A stretch of 30,773 nt of DNA from a virus. Lineage: Duplodnaviria; Caudoviricetes. The stretch covers positions 1 through 30,773 of the IMG/VR virus record IMGVR_UViG_3300024264_000117. One strand, given 5' to 3'. The notes beneath the pieces were generated by a model. That model was given only the letters and a program-made list of their open reading frames with translations, did no database searches and was not told the DNA's origin. Shown one piece after another: positions 1-6,033 of the stretch. Each line of letters opens with the position of its first letter. The first letter of the stretch is position 1. The position numbers were made by a program, and so were the translations under genes.

Positions 1-232
1 CACCAAAACTATTATCTAGGTCATCAACCCGACTAGATAGATCGTATACCTCAGACTCCACAGTATCAAGGGTATCAGTGATGTTATCCACAGTGGTATC
101 AATAGTATCCAGCCGCTGCAATACATCGGAATCACTAACACCTGTAGGTATTTGCTTAGCCAATTCCTCACGAACAGTCTTGACAACCAACTCACGCACC
201 CATGCTTCAATTACATTATTTAAATTACTCAT
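1..232 (-). CDS. Early hypothetical protein, acidic coiled-coil (partial, runs off the window)
   Basis: Not in the ORF track. ATG at 232 overlaps the TGA of the upstream gene (ATGA), with a GGAG RBS at 241-244. The frame is open to the window edge: MSNLNNVIEAWVRELVVKTVREELAKQIPTGVSDSDVLQRLDTIDTTVDNITDTLDTVESEVYDLSSRVDDLDNSFG..., with heptad-like spacing of hydrophobic residues. Confidence 0.8.
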   Translation of the reverse strand, partial: MSNLNNVIEAWVRELVVKTVREELAKQIPTGVSDSDVLQRLDTIDTTVDNITDTLDTVESEVYDLSSRVDDLDNSFG

Positions 233-417
233 ACCATATTCTCCCAATCAGCGGGTGTCATACCCGTCATAATAAATTCACGTTCATCAACACTCAGATC
301 AGGCATAGCATCTTGAATAAGCATGCCACCCTGCCATCGTGCAAACTGAACCTCAGTTACATCAACATCCATTGTATTAATCATGCCCGTCACGGGACTT
401 GTCTTAATAATAATCAT
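229..417 (-). CDS. Small phage hypothetical protein (62 aa)
   Basis: ORF track. GAGGTGA RBS at 421-427 and ATGA overlaps with both neighbours. The SPVTG...LIQDAMPDLSVDEREFIMTG pattern looks like a recurrent small phage family (recalled, not searched). Confidence 0.8.
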   Translation of the reverse strand: MIIIKTSPVTGMINTMDVDVTEVQFARWQGGMLIQDAMPDLSVDEREFIMTGMTPADWENMV

Positions 418-704
418 ACATCACCTCTGTTATATATAGCAAATGCCAAATCATAATCCCACTCTTCAGGGTAGTCACTCATCTCGTGCGCCCCATTAAT
501 AGCAGCCAGATCAGTATCAGATACAACCTGATCAGCCTTACAAATACTACCTGTACCCTCGATACGCTGACGTAATATCTTAAAGATAGTACAACCCTGC
601 ACAGTGAAAGCCTTACCAGCTTGAAGATAAGACATACCCTCAACATCATGCAAAGTGTCATGCTCCCAAGGCTCACCGCAATGTGGACAATAAATATCAT
701 ACAT
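414..704 (-). CDS. Hypothetical protein with N-terminal CPHC metal-binding motif (96 aa)
   Basis: Start moved to ATG at 704 (MYDIYCPHCGEPW) because AGGAGA lies at 711-716. Contains CxxC plus two later Cys. Confidence 0.8.
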   Translation of the reverse strand: MYDIYCPHCGEPWEHDTLHDVEGMSYLQAGKAFTVQGCTIFKILRQRIEGTGSICKADQVVSDTDLAAINGAHEMSDYPEEWDYDLAFAIYNRGDV

Positions 705-736
705 AATAAATCTCCTCTTATAATTCAATTATAAGG

Positions 737-1456
737 TTATAGGTTAACAACATTAATCTTATCGTACTTACTTACATAACGATTTGCAAGCGCACCATGC
801 ACCTGAATCACAATACTGGGCTTGTCACCTGCACCATCACACAAGCCACAGTCTACACACTGCACCCCACTGGTATCATTAGGACAAATGATCTCATTAG
901 GTAGCACCTGATCGGTATCACTGGTGACCCTAAAGGTGCGGAACCCTAAACCATGCGCCTTCTGTGCCATCTTAGGAGTCTCAACACTGATCATATTAAT
1001 CCCAGCCATACGCCTATCGAACGAACGATCATTCATCTGGTGCGTATACCCCGTAGTCATACTCGGCTTAATGTTATCAATAACATCAGCCCATACATCA
1101 TATGGTACAGCAGCAGGATCGCCATAACTACCGAACCGAATCGGTTTACCCTGCAATTTATCGTAGCTTATAATTCGATTATAAGAGCCACGCTTGTACG
1201 CACGATAGATAGAGAGAGGCGCTTGAAATGTCTTCACATAACAAGACCCACCCACACTAGGACGTTGAGGACAATTACCACATACAGCAGCATCAGCCCC
1301 AGACTTAACAGCGGTATGAGGCTCAACATCAGCCAACAGAATATACATCTGCACCATGTCACCAGTCTTAGGATTCTTACTATCCCACGTAGCCACAACC
1401 ACAATTGGGTCACCAGTTAGAAGGCTATCACCTTCCCAAACAATTGCACCAGCCAT
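737..1456 (-). CDS. Cys-rich, possibly Fe-S / radical-SAM-like phage protein (239 aa)
   Basis: Start moved to ATG at 1456 (GGAG RBS, TAATG overlap). Motifs NPKTG, CGNCP-x8-CYV, IRFGSYGDPA, GYTHQ, ICP-x7-CVDCGLC and VHG; 7 Cys in two clusters. Family assignment (GP88-like) is from recall. Confidence 0.7.
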   Translation of the reverse strand: MAGAIVWEGDSLLTGDPIVVVATWDSKNPKTGDMVQMYILLADVEPHTAVKSGADAAVCGNCPQRPSVGGSCYVKTFQAPLSIYRAYKRGSYNRIISYDKLQGKPIRFGSYGDPAAVPYDVWADVIDNIKPSMTTGYTHQMNDRSFDRRMAGINMISVETPKMAQKAHGLGFRTFRVTSDTDQVLPNEIICPNDTSGVQCVDCGLCDGAGDKPSIVIQVHGALANRYVSKYDKINVVNL

Positions 1457-1563
1457 TATAATTCTCCAGTTATTACTGCATAAACAACAAGACCTAACCA
1501 AGAGGTTGCGATCACCGAACATAATAGAAACATTTCCATTAAGAATCTAGCTAAATCAGACAT
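1456..1563 (-). CDS. Small membrane peptide (35 aa)
   Basis: Not in the ORF track. GGAG RBS at 1570-1573, ATG at 1563: MSDLARFLMEMFLLCSVIATSWLGLVVYAVITGEL*. Its stop overlaps the next ATG (TAATG). One long hydrophobic stretch. Confidence 0.7.
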   Translation of the reverse strand: MSDLARFLMEMFLLCSVIATSWLGLVVYAVITGEL

Positions 1564-1586
1564 AATAAACTCCAGTTATAATTCAA

Positions 1587-1736
1587 TTATAAGACGCTGG
1601 CACGATACAACAGCCAGCCATACCATACACCATGACAAACCATGGCACCGCATCCAATCACAAACCAACCCAACAACTCAGCGATTCTCTGCTGTCGCTG
1701 TTGACGCTTAATCATACGCTTATATGCGCTATTCAT
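1587..1736 (-). CDS. Small membrane peptide (49 aa)
   Basis: Not in the ORF track. GAGGTG RBS at 1741-1746, ATG at 1736: MNSAYKRMIKRQQRQQRIAELLGWFVIGCGAMVCHGVWYGWLLYRASVL*. Basic N-terminus followed by a hydrophobic segment. The stop lies inside the palindromic repeat. Confidence 0.7.
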   Translation of the reverse strand: MNSAYKRMIKRQQRQQRIAELLGWFVIGCGAMVCHGVWYGWLLYRASVL

Positions 1737-1889
1737 ACATCACCTCTTATATTACCCGTACCTAATTAAAGTTTCCCTAAAATAGACCGCCCATGTAGGC
1801 GCGGCCAAGGACTGCTTAGGGGAGTTAAAGCCTACTGATAAAACCTACGCATCCGGTGTGCAGGTTCTACAGTATTCCTTATAATCCGA

Positions 1890-2135
1890 TTATAATTCGA
1901 TCACCTCTAGAGCTACTGAGTAGAATCTACTCTGAGCCATTAGCTTTTTGAATCTATAGTCATAGTCGATAAGCGCATCCACTTTGCTATAGCCGTCGTC
2001 GAGCCATTCCTCTGTGGTGAGAGCATCATAGCGTCCATCTCTATCTTGACGCAAATCTTCAAAGTCTGCCTCAATTGCATCCAATACAAAAAGTATTTCG
2101 TCGCGGGTAGTGCTACTGGTTATATCTAATCGCAT
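1890..2135 (-). CDS. Acidic early hypothetical protein (81 aa)
   Basis: ORF track. GAGGA RBS upstream; 20 D/E versus 10 K/R; stop codon inside the palindromic repeat. Confidence 0.75.
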   Translation of the reverse strand: MRLDITSSTTRDEILFVLDAIEADFEDLRQDRDGRYDALTTEEWLDDGYSKVDALIDYDYRFKKLMAQSRFYSVALEVIEL

Positions 2136-2186
2136 GTTTATTTCCTCGGTTTGGTTTAAGTAGTTACAGCATTCCTTATAATCGGA

Positions 2187-2468
2187 TTATAATTTGCCAA
2201 GCACCAGAGAGCCAGCATCCTTCCACTCCCAATAGTAACCCTTAGCATGCGCCCATTCCTCAATCTCAGGGTGAATAAACATTTCCCAATAGTCGGCCAA
2301 TCCGTCGCCTTCCTCAGCTGATAGATGCAGCTGCCCTTCCATCCAGAACATGCATGGCTTTATTTCGTCGGGCTTGACTATATACTTGCCGCTTTCATCC
2401 AGCACCATTTCCTCACCGATCTTGATTGTTGGCACTTTCTTTTCCCAGTTTGCTTCTGTTATCTTCAT
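2187..2468 (-). CDS. Acidic, Trp-rich early hypothetical protein (93 aa)
   Basis: ORF track. GGGAG RBS; ADYW...HPEIEEWA...GYYWEW; stop codon inside the palindromic repeat. Confidence 0.8.
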   Translation of the reverse strand: MKITEANWEKKVPTIKIGEEMVLDESGKYIVKPDEIKPCMFWMEGQLHLSAEEGDGLADYWEMFIHPEIEEWAHAKGYYWEWKDAGSLVLGKL

Positions 2469-2577
2469 GGTAAACTCCCGTTTTATGGTTGTTGGTTCTG
2501 TTATAATCCAATTATAAGACTCGCTTATAACTCGATTATAACAGCCCCTTGCGCGTCCATGCGTGGGCTGTCAATCA

Positions 2578-3009
2578 TTACTTCTGAGCGGCTTCGATTA
2601 GGAACTTGAACATTGCTCGTTCCTCAACATCAGCCGAGGCGTTGAATCTCTCAGCGGCCATCTTGAGAAAATGCGCTTTCTTCTCGTCGACTTTCTCGGC
2701 ACGTTTGCGGGTCGGTGCCGCGACTAGTTCGCCATCTTTTACCTTGGTGGCGTGTTCGCCTATGCCGCGCTCGGTGTTGATCGCTTTTGTGATCTTGTTC
2801 AGAGCGGTGCGCCAGCTGGCAAGATTATCTGGGTGGTTCGCTTCGATATGCTGGTCAATATCCACAATAAACTTACCGGCAGCTTTGATGCCGCTTAGGT
2901 GTTTAGTGAACGTCTCGGCAATAAATTCCTGAACATTTACCAATGAGTTGGTGGCTGCTACGTATTGCTCGGCTGTCTCAATTGCTAGTGCTTTAGTTAA
3001 AGTAGTCAT
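2578..3009 (-). CDS. First early gene, helical hypothetical protein (143 aa)
   Basis: ORF track. First ORF downstream of the leftward sigma70 promoter; Ala/Lys/Glu-rich. Confidence 0.75.
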   Translation of the reverse strand: MTTLTKALAIETAEQYVAATNSLVNVQEFIAETFTKHLSGIKAAGKFIVDIDQHIEANHPDNLASWRTALNKITKAINTERGIGEHATKVKDGELVAAPTRKRAEKVDEKKAHFLKMAAERFNASADVEERAMFKFLIEAAQK

Positions 3010-3078
3010 AATAATTCTCTTTATAGTTGGTTAAAAGTAAGGCCTTTCGCGGCCACAGCATTCTGTGCTGTTGCGGCC

Positions 3079-3106
3079 ATTCTAGCGATTAGGTTGAGGG
3101 TGTCAA
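3079..3106 (-). promoter_or_regulatory. Leftward sigma70-type early promoter
   Basis: Minus strand TTGACA (3106-3101), 16-nt spacer, TAGAAT (3084-3079). Points into the early gene block; a palindrome copy abuts the -35. Confidence 0.7.
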
Positions 3107-3193
3107 GTTATAATTGATTATAAGCCATTCATTTGGTGAATAGTCGATATTCACGAAAGTGATTGACATTTGTAAAAGGGGCTTTTTAGGCGG

Positions 3194-3534
3194 TATTGGC
3201 ACTGTCTATGCCAATAGTTGGATAGCCATAGGACGGCCTGTAATGCTCTCTCGCTGGCGTTCTCTCAGGGTATACCATGGCATGGGTGGCCGCTGGCGTG
3301 GCTTATATAGGCTCTCTGCTAGGCTCTCGGTGTTATGTCATAGGCTATGCCAATAGTTTATTTGGGCATATCAGGGGCTATATCAATATATGTAGATATA
3401 ACAAAAGCTTATAAGAATGCGGTGCTTATAACCATGGTTGAATCGACGCACACGCACAGGCGCTGGAGAAATCGACAGGTAATGACACAGATTATGCCAA
3501 TACTTTGTAGGTTATGGCAGTGGTTATGCCAATA
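3194..3534. repeat. Four copies of TGNCA-N7-TGCCAATA (sigma54 -24/-12-like on the minus strand)
   Basis: 3197-3216 TGGCActgtctaTGCCAATA, 3336-3355 TGTCAtaggctaTGCCAATA, 3483-3502 TGACAcagattaTGCCAATA, 3515-3534 TGGCAgtggttaTGCCAATA. Copies 1 and 4 have GG-N10-GC on both strands. Confidence 0.75.
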
Positions 3535-3537
3535 CTA

Positions 3538-3599
3538 TGCAGATGATAATGATTCTCATTCGCAAACGCTAATGCAAATGATAATGATTCTCATTAGCA
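3538..3599. promoter_or_regulatory. Two tandem Fur-box-like sites
   Basis: GATAATGATTCTCATTCGC (3545-3563) and GATAATGATTCTCATTAGC (3580-3598) match the Fur consensus GATAATGATTATCATTATC at 16/19 and 17/19. The period is 35 bp. Confidence 0.75.
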
Positions 3600-3730
3600 C
3601 CCCCTACCCCCTCATAGCTACAGCACTGCATCGGGGGAAAGGTTCGACGCTCTCTCTGGCGAGATTCTGAAACTTCCATGACCCTTAATCATCTTACAAT
3701 AGGAGGCAGTGAATTAATTATAAATACTTC

Positions 3731-3759
3731 TTTACATTTGAGTCAAAGTGTGCTATAAT
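3731..3759 (+). promoter_or_regulatory. Rightward sigma70-type promoter for the packaging/structural arm
   Basis: TTTACA (3731-3736), 17 nt, TATAAT (3754-3759) with an extended -10 TGn. Confidence 0.8.
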
Positions 3760-3915
3760 ATATCTATACAGACAACAAAGTGAATAGGGATTAACTGAAG
3801 ATGATATTCAGTGATTGACATCCTCCTTATAACTATTCACATCGTCTATAACAACTATGTAACAATATGTCGTGCATGTACCGGCTACATTGATCATGTA
3901 CCGCTAGAGGTAAAG

Positions 3916-4392
3916 ATGACAGAACAAGACAAGGCAATGCGTAAGAAGGTTAAACTCTTAAAGAAGAGTGATCCTTCAGAGTATGATGTGAATGAGAACT
4001 TCCTTCAGTTTGTCGCGTATTATGTTGAGTCAGGTAGTGCCAGAGAAGCGTGGGTGCAAGCAGGTTACTCTCCCAACAGTGCTGGCTCTGCCATGTCACG
4101 TTTACGAGACAACTGGCGTTTAGTTGAATCAATGGTTAAGGAACGCATAGGCGCTCATGTCCCTATGGCGTTGTCAGGTATTATTGAACTAGCGCAGTCA
4201 GCTAAGCAAGAGTCTATTAGGTTAAAGGCTCAGCAAGACATTCTCTATAGAGCTGGCTACGACAAGCCTATGGAAATGATAGTAACAGACAAGGATGCGA
4301 AAGACCTTAAGGACGATGAACTACAGAAAGAGCTATTAGCTATCTTAGGTAAGAACCACACCATAGATGTTAAGGCAGAAGAAATACACTAA
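3916..4392 (+). CDS. terS: Terminase small subunit
   Basis: Start moved to ATG at 3916 (GAGGT RBS). Contains the TerS-type HTH segment FVAYYVESGSAREAWVQAGYS and lies upstream of terL. Confidence 0.75.
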   Translation: MTEQDKAMRKKVKLLKKSDPSEYDVNENFLQFVAYYVESGSAREAWVQAGYSPNSAGSAMSRLRDNWRLVESMVKERIGAHVPMALSGIIELAQSAKQESIRLKAQQDILYRAGYDKPMEMIVTDKDAKDLKDDELQKELLAILGKNHTIDVKAEEIH

Positions 4393-4412
4393 CTCTACCA
4401 CAAGGCGAGTAC

Positions 4413-4565
4413 ATGATATTACAGTTTACTAGAGATAACTTTGATTATCTTAAATCAGAAGTTGAAGAACAACGTGTCCTAATCACAAAGCTAACAGCAG
4501 CACTTGCTTTAGCTAATACAGATAAGCCTAAGACTGCGAAGAAGAAGAATGCAGCTAAGTCCTGA
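4413..4565 (+). CDS. Small coiled-coil hypothetical protein (50 aa)
   Basis: Not in the ORF track. MILQFTRDNFDYLKSEVEEQRVLITKLTAALALANTDKPKTAKKKNAAKS* fills the terS-terL gap and overlaps terL by 17 nt. Confidence 0.6.
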   Translation: MILQFTRDNFDYLKSEVEEQRVLITKLTAALALANTDKPKTAKKKNAAKS

Positions 4566-6033
4566 ACAGGTAGCTAAGCTGCCAAAGGATCAACAGGTCA
4601 GGTTGTTAGAGCTGCTGAAGGAGAAGGAAGAAAGGGTTCGCTTTAACAAGAAGGATCATTTCAACCTATATGAATGGCAGCGAGGACTAGCTAACTCCAC
4701 TAAGGATGCACATCAGGTGTTGGCGATGTGTGCTAACCAGATTGGTAAGTCTACCAGTGGAGCCTACATCACAGCCTGTCACTTAACAGGGCTATACCCT
4801 GATTGGTGGAAAGGTAATAGATTCGAGAAGCCTATATACTGTTGGGCGGCAGGTGTATCTAACGACACCACTAGAGATATCCTACAGACAGAATTGTTTG
4901 GTCTGGCAGAGAGTGAAGAGTCTTGGGGAACTGGTATGGTTCCTCTAGCGATGATTGGTGAGAAGACTAGAAGGCGAGGCGCTACAGGTAACACTTACGA
5001 TAGTGTTATGGTACAGCACCACGACAAGAATGGTAAGCCTGATGGTTGGTCGCGTATTGGCTTTAAGTCATACGAGATGGGTGAAGAGAAGTTCTATGGC
5101 CGCCCAGTAGATTGGATTTGGCTAGATGAGCAGCCACCCTCTAACATCTACACTCAGTGTATCACTCGTACTGTAGCAACTAATGGCTACGTTATGATGA
5201 CCTTTACACCAGAGGATGGCATGACCCCCGTAGTCAATCAGTTTATGAATGACTTGAAGAGGGGTCAACAGTTAATACAAGCTACGTGGGACGATGCACC
5301 CCACCTAGATGAAGACACTAAAGAACAGCTACTGGCACAGTATCCTCCGCATGAACGGAAGCTACGAAGCCAAGGCATACCTGTATTTGGTTCTGGTCTT
5401 GTGTTCCCCGTTCCAGAGGACTCTTTGATTATAGACTCCTTTGAGATACCGGATCACTGGAAGAGAATAGCTGGTCTTGACTTTGGGTATGATCACCCCA
5501 CTGCTGTAGCTTGGATTGCTATAGACGAGGAGAGTGATACGTATTATCTATACGACACTTACTCAAGCCGTCAGGAGACTGCTATAATGCATTCTGCGGC
5601 CATTAAGCAACGCCCTGCATGGATACCAGTGGCATGGCCTAAAGACGGCTTACAGAGCGATAAGGGCAGCGGAGTGAGCCTTGCTTCTCAGTACAGAGAT
5701 CAGGGCGTTAACATGTTGCACGACTGGGCGCGTAATCCTAAAGTATCTGGAGATACAGGTAAGGGCAACAACTTTATAGAACCTTCCATCATGGAGATGC
5801 TACAGAGAATGGAGACAGGTAGGTTTAAGGTCTTCTCCCATCTGCATGAATGGTTTCAAGAATTCAGATCATATCACCGGAAGGATGGGAAGATAGTTCC
5901 TATCAAAGATGATATCATGTCAGCAACTAGGTATGCTGTTATGTGCGCTCAGTTCGCAGTAGCAGGGAGGTCTAGTACTTGGCATGACTATGGTGATAAA
6001 TCTCTTCCTATCAAAAACTGGAGTAACGTATAG
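4549..6033 (+). CDS. terL: Terminase large subunit
   Basis: Walker A-like ANQIGKS, Walker B WIWLDE, coupling motif TFTP, and nuclease motifs GLDFGYDHP and DDIMSATRY. Confidence 0.95.
   Translation: MQLSPEQVAKLPKDQQVRLLELLKEKEERVRFNKKDHFNLYEWQRGLANSTKDAHQVLAMCANQIGKSTSGAYITACHLTGLYPDWWKGNRFEKPIYCWAAGVSNDTTRDILQTELFGLAESEESWGTGMVPLAMIGEKTRRRGATGNTYDSVMVQHHDKNGKPDGWSRIGFKSYEMGEEKFYGRPVDWIWLDEQPPSNIYTQCITRTVATNGYVMMTFTPEDGMTPVVNQFMNDLKRGQQLIQATWDDAPHLDEDTKEQLLAQYPPHERKLRSQGIPVFGSGLVFPVPEDSLIIDSFEIPDHWKRIAGLDFGYDHPTAVAWIAIDEESDTYYLYDTYSSRQETAIMHSAAIKQRPAWIPVAWPKDGLQSDKGSGVSLASQYRDQGVNMLHDWARNPKVSGDTGKGNNFIEPSIMEMLQRMETGRFKVFSHLHEWFQEFRSYHRKDGKIVPIKDDIMSATRYAVMCAQFAVAGRSSTWHDYGDKSLPIKNWSNV

Larger units (their letters stand above)
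717..3124. repeat. Dispersed palindromic repeat, consensus (C/G)TTATAAT-N3-ATTATAA(G/T/C), 8 copies
   Basis: Copies at 717-735, 1167-1185, 1575-1593, 1878-1896, 2175-2193, 2500-2518, 2524-2542 and 3107-3124 (the last with an N2 spacer). I found no full copy by eye in the remaining 27.6 kb. Confidence 0.9.

Noticed and set aside
84-92. Perfect DnaA box TTATCCACA
   Set aside because: Single copy inside a coding region; one 9-mer hit in 31 kb on two strands is not unexpected.
1830-1870. Hammerhead-like CTGATAA followed by a stem; twister-like TAACTCC nearby
   Set aside because: The core is not CTGANGA and no GAAA follows the stem; twister P4 and pseudoknot elements could not be assembled.
717-3124. 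Palindrome as a CRISPR array, a PerR/Zur box, or integron attC sites
   Set aside because: Spacers are 300-580 bp and contain genes, and no cas genes are present. The half-site equals the Bacillus Per box (TTATAAT-N-ATTATAA) but the spacing is 3 rather than 1. There is no RYYYAAC/GTTRRRY attC structure and no integrase.
3163-3168. Rightward TTGACA here and at 3815-3820 as extra promoters
   Set aside because: No acceptable -10 hexamer at 16-18 nt spacing.
3606-3665. tRNA-like fragments (TAGCTACAG, GGTTCGAC)
   Set aside because: Too short; no anticodon arm and the T stem does not pair.
3159-3670. ORF-track ORFs of 65 aa and 107 aa
   Set aside because: No RBS, implausible composition, and they run through the repeat and Fur-box cluster; treated as non-coding.
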